A DNA stretch of 64,000 bases from Euprymna scolopes (taxonomy: Eukaryota), in NCBI GenBank assembly GCA_053919585.1, contig CM132791.1; one strand, written 5' to 3'. Under the pieces are notes generated by a model that was not told where the DNA came from, did not search any database, and was given only the letters and a program-made list of their open reading frames with translations. Positions within the stretch are counted from its first letter, which is position 1, and every line of letters starts with the position of its first letter. The translations under genes and the position numbers were made by a program. This document shows positions 25,114-37,840 of the stretch, one piece after another.

Positions 25114-25729
25114 CCACATTAGCACAGCAATCATCATTAAATTGCAGAAGGTAAGACACGCTGAGTCTAGTCAGCCGTAAATTTATGACAATTTGTGAAA
25201 TTAGATGAGTATGCTGGCTAGATCTCTGCTAATCCCGGCAATGTTTCAAGTCATCAAGGACATCTCCTTAACGCATTACTCAAGCAGTGCGAGTTCAGGA
25301 AAGGTTTGCTTTGTGATTGTGCATCCCTTGCTTCAAATTCGATTCCCGTGCATGCGCCCTTTTATCTGAATTCCTCGTTATCGTCTCATGCTACATTCGG
25401 TGATGAAATCCTAATTTCGAATCTTTTGGCACGTAGTGATAGTACCTGTTTATGGTTTCTAAACAGATGGGGTTTCTTTCAGCAGCCTTGTAACTCTTGC
25501 TCCCCTTGTTTTGTTCTTTTGTCCTCACATTCTATGCGCGATTATTTCTGACACAGAAACTATTCCTCTGCCTGAATCTATTCGTCTCACACTATATTTG
25601 ACTGGTTTTCAAAACTAGCTGGTTTTATTAATGTGGTCTTATCAAGTATTTTAGCCTCCTACAACAAATGGCATCATGCTTTGTCTGAAGCGATTTTCAA
25701 TTTTTAAAAAAGTGAGCATAAAATAATGT

Positions 25730-25810
25730 TTCTTAGGTATGACTCGACCGAGAACGAATCCCGATCTCCCGGACGATTAATCACTAGACGTTATGCCAAA
25801 TGGCTCGATA
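25730..25810 (-). mobile_element. Degenerate tRNA-derived SINE remnant
   Basis: ggtatgactcgaccgagaacgaatcccgatctcccggac is the reverse complement of a B-box-like region. Confidence 0.4.
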
Positions 25811-25958
25811 GGTAATGTAACGATACCTAATTGTATGTTTGTATGTAGTTTTTTTTTTTTTTTTTTTTTTGTTAAATAAATCTGTAATGTTCCTATTTAC
25901 TTGCCTACCCACAAGAGCAAAGTAAGACACAAGGTCGGTTTTTAATATGGGGCAATCC

Positions 25959-26016
<58 letters not shown>

Positions 26017-26018
<2 letters not shown>

Positions 26019-26220
26019 CAGAATATTCCGCGTTTCATCCTCGCGAGAATTCTCGCGAGGATGAAACGCGGAATATTCTGTGTAGCTTACTTGCTATATA
26101 TATATTCATAGTTTACTACCTAGATCTATCAATGTATTAAGCAATGTTGAAGCAAATACTGAACATTTACGCATAAAATTATATTTTCAAATATTAATTT
26201 ATGTGATTAAATAGTAGTCA
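26017..26220 (+). mobile_element. Palindrome-headed cassette (family shared with 27257 and 46469), ends in TA-rich tract
   Basis: Perfect 66-bp palindrome 26017-26082 then a tail homologous to 27390-27530. Confidence 0.8.
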
Positions 26221-26237
26221 TATATATATATATGTAG

Positions 26238-26281
<44 letters not shown>

Positions 26282-26861
26282 TAGAAGGCCGCCTGGAACT
26301 GCCCAGTCGAAAAACACTTAAATATGATATTTTAATTAATGCAGATTTCGTATTGATTGTTATATTATATCATATTGGGCACGATATATAGTGATGATTA
26401 AGAAGGGTTTTTTTTTTTTTTAAATAACTCGTGCCCCATCACCGAGAATCGAAACCAAAACGTTTAGTTGACGATTTACTTTTTTTCCTTCGACGTCAGT
26501 TCCTGAGCTAGGAAGACATGTTTGCCGTAAGGCTAAAAATTAAAACATTAACCAATAGCTATTACATCACGCATTCATGATCGTAATGCCGTCGTTCGAC
26601 CTTCACTTGTCAAATTCCATTTTTTTAATTTTTACACTTTTGTACCGATTTTCTCCTGCTAAAACCCAAATATAAAGTTTCGCATGGGTTCGAATATCCT
26701 ATATATTAAGTGTTTTATGTATGTAGACTAAAAGCTGACAGAGGAGTTTGGTAGGCAATTGTTTTAAAACATATATATATATATACGTATAGATTAATAT
26801 ATATATACACATAGATTAATATATATATACACATAGATTAATATATATATATACGCATAGA

Positions 26862-26896
<35 letters not shown>

Positions 26897-27188
26897 AATA
26901 ATGATTGTGTTTACTATAACATTTTTACGTAAATATTACGCAAGTATAAATCATGAAGAATATCTGCATAAACATAATTACACGTAATAGTTAACTAAAG
27001 ATGATAATCCATTAAGAAAACCGAAAAATCTCATAGTGAATAATTAAAATGGATCTTTAAAAGAATATGCAAATATGCTAGATCTTTTGCAGATGAATGC
27101 ACTTCCACGACCAGTTGTATTTCCTTTTTAAATAAATGGAGAAAGGGTTTTTAATATTAATATCAATATTCCCCAAAACAAATTCATA

Positions 27189-27256
<68 letters not shown>

Positions 27257-27258
<2 letters not shown>

Positions 27259-27527
27259 GTAACTTATAAAATATATATGGCGATTAAGCTACACTGAATA
27301 TTCCGCGTTTCATCCACTCTAGGATTCTTCAGGCTTATGCGCATAAGCCTGAAGAGTCCTAGACTGGATGAAACGCGGAATATTCAGTGTAGCTTAATCG
27401 CCATATATATTTTATAACTTACTAACTAGCTCTACCTACGTATTGAGAACTTTTTAAGTAAATACTTAAAGTTTATGCATAAATCTATACTTTAGTATAT
27501 TAATTTTATGTGAGTAAATGAAGTAGT

Positions 27528-27530
<3 letters not shown>
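27257..27530 (+). mobile_element. Palindrome-headed cassette with two divergent hammerhead-like cores, between (TA)n tracts
   Basis: 168-bp spacerless palindrome 27257-27424 (3 mismatches). Each arm has CTGAAGA-gtcc-tagact-ggat-GAAA-cgcg; canonical UH triplet missing. Confidence 0.8.
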
Positions 27531-27571
<41 letters not shown>

Positions 27572-29197
27572 ATCGTACTTGCAATTGGTAGATTTTTTAG
27601 ATTAAAAATCATATACTCCATGATAGTTGACTCATTGTTTTTAATTAAGAAAGACTCAAGCTTCTTAATTAAAACACCCTACATATCCACAGACGTAGGC
27701 AAATAAACTTTAGAAGCACAGGTTATTCTATAAATATGTGTATGCGTGTATGCAGTAGTATAAGTGTAATTTGAACAGCAATTTGCTGCTCAACTCCCTG
27801 CACATTATCCTTACAAATTTGATTCCAAAGAAAACGTGTGTATGCATGCAATATATAAATTTATTTACCTCTTTTCTGTGACATTGAACATAAAGTCAGA
27901 TGTAGATTTGATAAGACTTGAATTTGGCATGCCAAGATTATTTTGTCTGCGTCTTTAACTATTTAACCACTGCCAGATCAAGATTCTTAGTCCGTACCGT
28001 TAATCGTTTATCCACCGTCACCTAGAATACAGTATTTTTATGATATGAGGAAACTAATATCCTCACATTATTATTGGAAAATAGAGGAATATTTACGAGT
28101 ATAGATAATAACATAATCAAAAATCAGTTAATAATATTATATGTGAATTTTTATCCCGAAAGCATGTTTCAATTTTTACACGTGAGAATATAAAACTATT
28201 TCTCATAGATGCGCGCTGAGGTTTGAATTGCGGACCGAGAATTTTTGAAAAGACAGAACAAAATTGTTTATAATTAAACAATTTTACTTGGGCAAGCAAG
28301 AAAAAAATGATAAACAACGGGAAATGGTAAATGTACAGACATGAAGAGCTTTGCGAATACGTGCCATCAAGAAAACTTATCTGAGAACAATTGTTCGGAT
28401 AACAGTTTGCAAGCTTGTCTCGATGACTGCTGACTCTTTTCTTGATAGAAGTAATGGCCTTTGATTGCGAACTGCTGATATCCCGCATTCACGTTACTCT
28501 TCGACTTTATTTGTGTATTCCTAGCTATTGTCAGTCTGTTTCTGTCCATTTATCGACTGAGCGTGTCTCTTAATTTTATATATATGACCTTGAACTTGTT
28601 TTGAGATTTATCCCGTAGTGGTTGTGCTGTTTTCATCCAGAGAATTAGCCGCGTTCCGAACAACAAAGTTAGACTCTCTACCGCAGCATCGGATACAAGA
28701 GTAAGCCAATTACGGTTCCAGCGTCGAATCGAGTGTCCAGGATCAGTTCAGTTTCGCTGTGCTGAGTCAGGTTTTCAGCTAATCTCTGCATCGTCTCATC
28801 CTAGGGAGCTAGCTCATTGGCTTTATGGATGGAATAATCAGGATTATGACTAAGAAAGTAACTGAACCAGCAAAGACGTATGAAGAGAATAGCTTGTTGC
28901 AGAGAGAATATATTGCAGAGAGAAGGAACAACGGCATATGAGATAAAATTTCACATATATTTTTTCTGGCTTACTCCTTTCTTTGGCCAAAATTAAAATG
29001 TTGATATTAACAACTTGGTTGTTATTATATATTAAACCATGGTTTTCACGTGAGGTCTTCTAATCGTTACAGCGAAAATAATAACACTGACTGTATAAAT
29101 TTATAAGTGGACTATGATACCTTGTGTGTCTATATAAACAAATAAATAATTCGATTGACTCTGCCTAATTATCAATACTAATTATCGTCATTTGTAA

Positions 29198-29520
29198 GCA
29201 GGGCATAATCATGTTGACACACTGGTTCTTGTTAGATCACCGAATTTAAGCAACGTTGATCTTGACCAGTACAAGCGTGGTGAACATTATGAAATACCAG
29301 GCATTGTATATAGTAGGGTGTCCATACTTCAGGCAGTTAATGTACTCAACCTTGTCTCCAGCTGTCGTAACCCTGAACCCTGTCCTGCTGCAGGATCGGT
29401 CTGGTTGTGATGAGAGAGTGAAACAGGCTTTACGCATATCAGCTTCACCTTAAACAAACTCACAGCGCGTGTCATCCATGATCCTCAAGGCGATAAACGG
29501 TCTTCGTCGTTTCGACAAAC
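29198..29520 (+). mobile_element. 5S rRNA-derived SINE (second copy); head about 29198-29310
   Basis: ggcataatcatgttgacacactggttcttgttagatcaccgaatttaagcaacgtt..ccagtac matches 5S rRNA and copy 1, including the same deviations from 5S. Confidence 0.78.
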
Positions 29521-29759
29521 GAACATTCAATAATCAGGGCACGTTTCTCAATTGTTTAATACGTTGTGCGTTTTACGAAACTTTTACTAATTTCCTGTTA
29601 TCTTATGTTAAAAAACAATGTCTGCTCTGAACAATTCATTACATAGAATGGTGAGAACACTAGTATGTTACTTTTGTATAAGACTATTGGTTCTAAATAT
29701 TTTTTGTTGTAAGGAATTAATCATGAATAAAGATTAAATCTTCCGAACTGTGGAAATCG

Positions 29760-30830
29760 ACCGAAAGGTACAACTCTTGGAGTGGTCTGTAAACTTCACG
29801 GTTAACAATAGGTGTGGTGCCAAACTTGCAATCAGTGACTTTTAACTGTCGAGTTAATGCAAAATGTCCTGTTTAGCTCTGAGAAGTCAACTCTCACAGC
29901 CCTTGGCTAAAGGTTTTTGAGAGGAGCAAGTTTATCGCTTGTTGCCTGAAACGCCCTCACCGGAGACTGCCGACTGGGCTTCTTATATTTTTTTGTAGGG
30001 CCCAAGTTCTACTATTGGAGCACTGACTCATTTTCTAAACATCCGATCTTGTGTCACATCCTATCGTGTTGGGAGAGAGGTAAATATCGATCTATTAGCT
30101 TAGCAGTTCACATTAGCCGAGGTTCGAGAGAAACTGGGTGATTTCTATGGGCTTTTTGCTGTTGAACTGATGCAAAATGTTCTGTGTACGCTTAGGAGGT
30201 CAACCATCGCAGGCCTTGCCATCCGACTTTCGGCAAGAGCATGTTTATTGCTTGTTGCCTAAGCAGGCCAAAGGTGCCACTCAGGCATATTTTTGCAGGG
30301 TCGAAGTGCTTCTTCTCTGTAAGCATTAACTTATTTTCGCACTTTTCGACGTTTTGTCACTTTCTTTCGCTGTAGGGGAGACGAAAACATCCGTCTGTGT
30401 ACTGTAGTACAGGTAATTTCAGGTTTAAACCTCGACAATCAGTTCGACAGAAACTTGGCCATTTTCGATTCCCTTTTTTGCTGTCGCACTCATACAAAAT
30501 ATTCTGAGTATACGGAAAACCTCCCTTTCAGGCCTTACACCGCTTCCTGCAGTAGCAAATTTATCGCTTTATGTTTGAGGTGCGCTTCTCTAGGAAATAC
30601 CTACGGTGAAAGTCAGACTTATTTTTTTCCGCCTTCCGACCTTGTGTCACATCATCTCGTGCTGGGATGATGATAAATAGTGGTTTGTGTCTTTCGTAGT
30701 ACACATAAGTCTAGATTCCACTCCGACAACAACTAGGTCATTTCAATAGCATTTTGCTGTTCAGACTGATGCAAAATGTTCTGTGGAACTGTAGGAGATT
30801 CACCTCCCCAAGGAATTACCTCCCTGATTT
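29760..30830 (+). repeat. Old degenerate tandem repeat, ~300-320 bp unit, 3+ copies
   Basis: atgcaaaatgttctg-like motif near 29856, 30170, 30492 and 30769; tttatcgctt near 29930/30245/30560; cttgtgtcacatc near 30048/30640. Confidence 0.7.
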
Positions 30831-31849
30831 GGAAAGTAAGAAATACTTGTCTTTGTACTTCGAAGTACGCCATTTTGACGGCATGTACTTCGACTGTTAC
30901 TCATTACATATTCTGTTTTCTTTCGATACATTTTACCGTTTCTAACCATATCTGTGTTGGTGTTTTCATTAGTGACTCCTCCGGGCCCAATGTATTGGCG
31001 ACGAGAGACTTGTATACACAAAGTGGATACGCACAACACCTCAACATCATTACCGTCTTATGTAACACTACGTACCCAATAGCATTTGCACTTTTCTGAA
31101 ATTTCAAATTAATCTTACAAAATAATGTTTTCAAATATGTGAAAAAAAGTTTTTATATTTAAATAATAGATAATTTACGATTTTCCATAAAACTACACCA
31201 AATTAAGTATAACTAATACTTAGACCACTAAGTATCCGTGTCCCAAAATTCCTAATGAACAGTTAATTAGTTTAAGAGTGAACCATGTGCATGCAATTAT
31301 ATAAAAATAAATATACCTTACTTATATGTCTATACACATATACCGTTTAGTTTTTTTGTCGCACTTACATTGACATTAAAAGTATTCTGTCCGTTTCTGT
31401 AATTTCTTAATATACCCAGGCATGTGAGCGACTTTATATCAGTAAACTTATTTACATATTCCTTTGAAAAATGAACTTTAATTAATTATTCATTTTTTTT
31501 GTTGTTTTGTTATTGGATGATTAGTTTCATTTAACTATTACGCTAAGTCTATTTGTCATATTTTCTACGTTGTGCATGATTACGTCGTAGTTAGGCNNNN
31601 NNNNNNNNNNNNNNNNNNNNNNNNNNNNNNNNNNNNNNNNNNNNNNNNNNNNNNNNNNNNNNNNNNNNNNNNNNNNNNNNNNNNNNNNNNNNNNNNNNNN
31701 NNNNNNNNNNNNNNNNNNNNNNNNNNNNNNNTATTTTTTATGTTCAACTTCAAAAGATCATACGTCCTTTCATAAACTTTATTAATGGAAATAATGTTAG
31801 TTGTCAATCGGATCCAAAAACAACGTTTTCGTTTTGCATCTCATCTATG

Positions 31850-32834
31850 AATAAGGAGGTGGCTGCTATCCCAGCCTAGAGGCACAGAGTCTTGAACAGT
31901 GGGCACATCGGAAGTCAGTTGTTGTTATCGCTGCTAAGGCTGCTCTGTGATGTTTCTCTCTGGATGCAGTGAGTTTCTGGCATCGAGCCTCTTCAAAAGT
32001 GGCAGCAGCTCTATGAACTAAACCTCGCCATTTTAGTCTGTTGATAACAAACCCTCCAGATCCTTCGATGAAGTACCACTGGAGATTGGCTTTGACCGTG
32101 TCCTTATACCGCAGTCTTGGTCGACTTTGGTTTCGTTTGCCAACCTAAAGCTCCCCGTACATCAGGTGTCCCGGTTTCTGACACCCCTCTATTCGAATCA
32201 CGTGTCCAACCCATTGAAGTTGGGCTTTGATGATGGTGGACTCTATGCTGGTGGACTTTGCATTAGCAAGGACCTCCACATTGGTGATGCGGTCCTGCCA
32301 CCTAATTCTCAGGATGGAGCGAAGAGCTCACACGTGGAAAAGCTCCAGTTTCTAGAGATGCCTGCGATACAGTGTCCACGTCTCTCAACCATAGAGGAGG
32401 GAAGAAATAACCACGGCATTGTAGACCTTCAGTTTTGTAGATAGGCGGATGTTGTGTTCGTCGAGTCTGCCTAGTGCTTGACTTGCCTTACACATTCTAG
32501 TGTTAATTTCTCTGTCCAAAGAGCTATCACATGATATGGTGCTCTCCAGATATTTGAAATGTTCCACATTGGCAAGTGGTGTGTCGTTAGTGGTGATGGT
32601 AGGGGAAGAGGATAGGGAGTATGGGTCAGGCTGATAGAGCACCTCTGTCTTTTTAAGAGTGATTGTCAGGCCGAAGAGTTTGGATGCCTCAAAGAAGCGG
32701 TCCAGCATCTGCTGCAAGTCTTGTTCTGTGTGCACCACTAGTGCCCCGTCATCAGCAAAAAACCTCTTGGAGGAGAGTTTGCAGGCTCCTCGTTTTTGCT
32801 GTTAGTCGACGCAGGTCGAAGAGAGAGAGAGAGG

Positions 32835-32867
<33 letters not shown>

Positions 32868-33775
32868 GGCCGTCAAAGCGGTAACGAATGTAGACCCCCT
32901 TTCAAGATGGGACAGCACGCAAAAATACGTTGAAGAGGACTGGAGCTAGTATGCAACCCTGCTTTATGTCATTGATGATCTGAAAAGCACCTGTCACATT
33001 GCCATTGGAGTAAACTTGGCCAGTCATACCATCATGTAAGAGCCTTATCTTCGATACAAACGGTGTTCTCAAGGACTGTTCAAAGTGCCTCACTTGTGAC
33101 GGTGTCAAAAGCTTTGGTCAAGTGGATGAATACTAAGTAGAAAGGCTTGTTCTGTTCAATGCATTTCCCTTGAAGTTGTCTCACGGCAAATGTCAGTGCT
33201 TCTGCCAGGTCCGAAACGGCACTGTGCCTCGGCAAGTTCAGAGTGTGATGAGTCTGTTTAGGATGACCGGTGCAAAGATTTTTCCGGCAACTGAGAGGCG
33301 AGGAATGGCCCTGTAGTTCCCACACTCTGACTTTGCATCTGTAAATGAACAGAACATCGCGGAAAGTCCCAAGGGCGTTGAGGTCTACTGCCCTGTAGAT
33401 CTCAGCAGGGATGCCATCCATTCCCGATGCCCTGCCGAAGATTGTCTGGTAAATCGCCTTCTTGATCTCCTTAATGTTAGGGGTGTTAGCGAGCGAATCC
33501 TGTATGGGTTGTGGGGAATCTGATTTAGTGCGTCTAAGTCAAATGACAAGGGTCGGTTTCGCAGAGTGCTGAAGTGCACCTGCGAGCGCGTGCTAAGACC
33601 CTCCTAGTCCTTGCTAAGTGTCTTCCTATCTGACGATAGTAATGGTGCATTGTAAGAGATAGAGGGACCGAAAACAGTTTACAGTGAGCTGGAAATGTTT
33701 TTTTTTTAGTGTTTTGAGTGTCAGCATAGTGTTAGACTGCAGCTGATTTGTCCTGTCATCACTGGTCCTGCATTG
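31850..33775 (-). mobile_element. RTE-clade (BovB-like) LINE, decayed reverse transcriptase
   Basis: Minus-strand pieces DGIPAEIY, FAVRQLQGKCIEQNKPFYLVFIHLTKAFDTV, IKQGCILAPVLFN, FADD, HTEQDLQQMLDRF..FGLTITLKKTEV, KLKVYNAVVISSLLYG. Confidence 0.92.
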
Positions 33776-33789
33776 CTCGGAGATCAGTC

Positions 33790-34278
33790 AACATAGACTA
33801 CGTAGCCTAATGAGTGATGCCTTTTTCTCTTCCCTGCAGAAGAGACGTTGCAAGTGTGTCTCTGTTCTACTATTATTTTCCAGGCAAATGCTCATCTGAG
33901 CTCAAATCGATGGCCCCCCCTCGCCACAATTTCACGAAAAACACTTGTCTAGCTGAAACCATTATCAATAATTTCTACTACACTTTATCTGTGCCTAAAC
34001 TTAAACATCGATTCCATGAACAGAGCTTCTTTCTTAGAACTGCACGCTTGTAGTACTTTCTTCCGTTTCCCGTTTTTCCCAACTGACTACAAAATGATCG
34101 CTTTCGAGGCCAAAGTTAACAATCCCTTGATGAGTTGTCTCATTTAAGTAATCCAATTTACCAAATTTTCATCACTAACGATTAATATAATATTGCCCAT
34201 TTGACTACTGTACACTCATTAACCTTTATCCTCAAGTGGCTTACCGTTCTTGATAAATAGTAACTCCTTTGTAAAAAA
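33790..34278 (+). mobile_element. CR1-clade (Zenon-like) LINE 3' fragment
   Basis: RRDVASVSLFYYYFPGKCSSEL...SFFLRTARL; 3'UTR and tgtaaaaaa tail shared with 42550 copy. Confidence 0.85.
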
Positions 34279-34905
34279 CACTATATATGGTCTATTTTAT
34301 TGTAGTACTTACGTTGTATCTTCCATGTGGCTAGTTATCGTCTGTAGTTCATATGGATTAGTTTCCGCATTCGAGAGTTTTCTTTAAAAATAAGATATTG
34401 CCGTTTTTATCTCCATTGGCCTTCGGGCCATGATCATAGTGTAGTATTTGTTCTCAGGCTGCACTTCACTTTCTCTCACCTCGAACAGTGGGGGAGAAAT
34501 CCTTCATGAGTGAGACAATTTTTATTTTTGTTCCTATGCAAAATGCCCCTTTTGGGGGTGTAGATTTCATCACATTAAAAATCGACCTTATATCTAAATC
34601 TGCTCTCGTGGGGAGGCAGGTAAATAGGAACATTTTCTAGCGATGCTAAAAAAGTGAGTCATTTTTCTCAAATTGGATACAGAGGTAGAAAGAAATATTA
34701 GAAAGTATTTAGGGTGAGAAGATGGCTGAAAAAGCACATAATTAGCTCAGAAAAAATATAACGTTACACACGTTTATACACGTAGACCAAACACGTTGTA
34801 GCAGAGTACGTTGCAAGGAACATAGGACAAGTAATAACTCGACTCCTTTTTTAACAACGACATTTATTTCCAGGTATTTTCCAGAATAAACTGTGATTGT
34901 ATTAC

Positions 34906-35476
34906 TTTTTTTTTTTTACACAGTGATCACCACTTATCAAGGCCCGGAAGCCACTCAGGGATAAGGGTTATTGCAAGTATATTACGTTAGTGTGGAGATT
35001 TGATGAAGTGTTTACTTAAGGGGGCAGTTCATTAGGAATTTGTTAACATTGGACTTGAAGACATCCAAGTTGAAGTCCGGTGGGAAGCAGGCAGACGGAA
35101 CAGAGTTCCACAGGCGTGCAGTTCTAAGAAAGAAGCTTTGTTCATGGAATCTGCGTTTTGATTTAGGCACAGATAAAGAGTGGGGGAAATTTTTCACAGT
35201 GGATTCAGCTAGACGAGTGTTTTTCGTGAAAGATTGGCGAGGGGGGGGGCAGAGATTGGAGTTCAGACGAGCACCTGCCATGGAAATAACGATAAAACAA
35301 GGATAGGCTCGCAACGTCTCTTCTGTGGGAGAGAGGTTGCAGGGTAGAGAAAAGGGCATCCCCCACTAAGCCACGAAGTCTATTTTGTACTCTGTCAAGG
35401 CAGGATAGGCTGTTTTTTTAGCAGCTCCTGTCCAGATATGGCAACAGTATTCCATCCTTGGACGTACTTGGCTTTT
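34906..35476 (-). mobile_element. CR1-clade LINE 3' fragment
   Basis: ORF 35012-35359 (SFFLRTARLWNSVPSACFPPDFNLDVFKSNVNK); poly-T on + strand at about 34906-34917. Confidence 0.9.
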
Positions 35477-36769
35477 ATATATATATATACTTGGCTCTGA
35501 CCTCTGTCCTCTCGCACGTAGTTTCGACCGTGCTCTTGACCCTACACTTGAACGTGCTGCAGGTAATCGTCTTTAGACACGGTTTTTATAATCTTTTTCT
35601 TCGCACATGGCTCGACCTCTGTATACGCGCGTCCGCGCTGTTACAAAAGATGGGTGAGCGTTTCAGGTGATTATAAATTACGGCTAATTCAAACATTTAA
35701 AACTAAAGTTAATTCAAACATAACTCAATCTTAGAACTAAAGATGTACTTGCAGTATATAGCGCCTATAAAGATAAAAGCCTTGAAAGATGTATATATTT
35801 ATATTGATATATAAAATACGCCTATGTAGGTAAATTATAGGCTACTTCATTTAAATTAACCGTGGCATTTCCACGGATCTCACATGCTCTTATTATTCAG
35901 TATAGCTTCCAGCGTTATAATTTAATAAATCTCTTTTTCTTCTTCAAACTATTTCCGGGTCGTAATTATACGAAAAGCTATTAGCTGCATAATCTTGTCG
36001 TTTACTTGTAGAAGAGTTTTTTTTATAAGTAGTGGCTGCCATGACATTTTTTCTGATGTAATCTGAAAAATCCTATCGAGGAATTTTCTTATTTTACATT
36101 AACGATTTTATTTAATTATTTTATTTTATTCTGGTGCCAGTCAGCTGCCGAACACTCTTGAAATCTTTGGCAATATATCAAGAATTTGTTTTGCTGCCTT
36201 TTTATTTGCAAATCCGACATTTGGTCTGGCGCCAACGCAAACAAGTCAATGTTGCGCTGTGCGAGTATGCATTTCAGTTCGGCCATTTTTGTTTAAATAT
36301 CTGACCCCGATCCGTGTACTCATCCATGATGGAGACAGACCAGACGCAATGTCTCGTCTACACCCAACTCTCATTTGTTACCGAAAACAGCTATTTAGCC
36401 GGAAATTTAACCCTCTTCCATTATGCGATACATCAAACTGACCCTCCATATAAATTTAACTGTTTTTGGGGACATTTTGCAGTATAGAAAATAAAACGAA
36501 AGAGTTGTCAAACAGCAAATATTTAACAAGAAAATGTTACCAAAGGTCAGAAGAGTTACTTTTCTACATGCTTGAATAGAGTTTTTTTATTTGTACATTT
36601 ATCTAGTTTAAAACACAAGTTTTAAGTTAGAACAATAAAACATGGCCGACGTAAGAAGTCTACCTGGGAAGTGTCGATAATCGCTGAAAAATCAAATATT
36701 AAACACAATACTTGTAGAAACACATCAAATAACTGTCACCGCTATCTTTTTCTATCTCTCCATTCCTCT

Positions 36770-37320
36770 ATTTGGCATAGCTGAACAGACGTTCGTACAA
36801 GTTGGGGATATGTTCTCGACAACCAGTCCAACAGTAAATGTGTTTCCGTTGAGGTGAGGTATGCTTAGTATTAGAAGACCCCCTTCCTTGGACTTGACCT
36901 TTTCTCTGAGAAGTAAATATATTGCTGATAGCCTGTGGTTCTTCCCCGGGTATGTCGACGGGTTTTATCATTCATATTTTGTACGCCAGAGTACGCTTAA
37001 ACAAGTACGCTGGTTTTTCAACACTCACCCGACCTACTATCTAATTTCTTGTAGAAGAGGTAAATATTTATATATTCCATGATAAATAAAATGTTTTTAT
37101 TTTATTCTTATTTTTATGATTTTGTGAACTTTTATAAATATTTCCTTGACAAAATCATTTTTATTCCAAGAAAAAAGAAACAAAACAAAAAACAAGAAGA
37201 AAACTATATAACTGTTTTTTGTTTTATGAAGAAAAGATATTTTCCTCTGATGAGTTGTTTGGGGGAAATTTGCTATTCAACGAAACACGTGCAAGACTTA
37301 CTACATAAAAATACACTTTT
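36770..37320. mobile_element. Possible decayed Penelope-like fragment with 5' inversion and hammerhead
   Basis: Minus-strand KHIYCWTGCREHIPNLYERL resembles a decayed GIY-YIG IY-CxxC-YIG-R; plus-strand CRRGKYLYIP precedes a hammerhead motif at 37244. Confidence 0.4.
37244..37296 (+). ncRNA. Hammerhead motif (probably inactivated: C in place of U16.1)
   Basis: cct-CTGATGA-gttg...caac-GAAA-cACGTg-CA-aga; similar motif at 46868. Confidence 0.6.
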
Positions 37321-37780
37321 TGGGTTTTGGAATTATAACTAGTGATATAAATACATATGGAAATAAAAAATTTAAAAAAAAAACGTTTACAAGTGTTTTT
37401 GATATAGATGTACATAATAATATACTTCGATAATTATGTTTTAGTTTGAAGAAATATGGTATAATAAAATTATGGGGTGTTCGTTCGCGTCTGACCTCCA
37501 TAGAATGGAAATATGTCACAAAGTTTAACAAGGTTTTTTTAATATAGATCCACAGAATATTGTGATAAATGTTTTAGAGGTGAACCGGTATGGTATAATA
37601 AATTATGGGGTTTATCATTTTTTTTTACTTTCATCATATTTTACTTTGGTTTTGATACGCCCAAATTCGAAGCTATCTCTTTACAATCCTTCCTTTTCAT
37701 AAGCTATCATACTTTCATAAATCAGAGTCCATTTTCTGTAGGCTGTTTGTGAACTCAGTCAACGACGGGTAATTTTGCTA

Positions 37781-37840
<60 letters not shown>

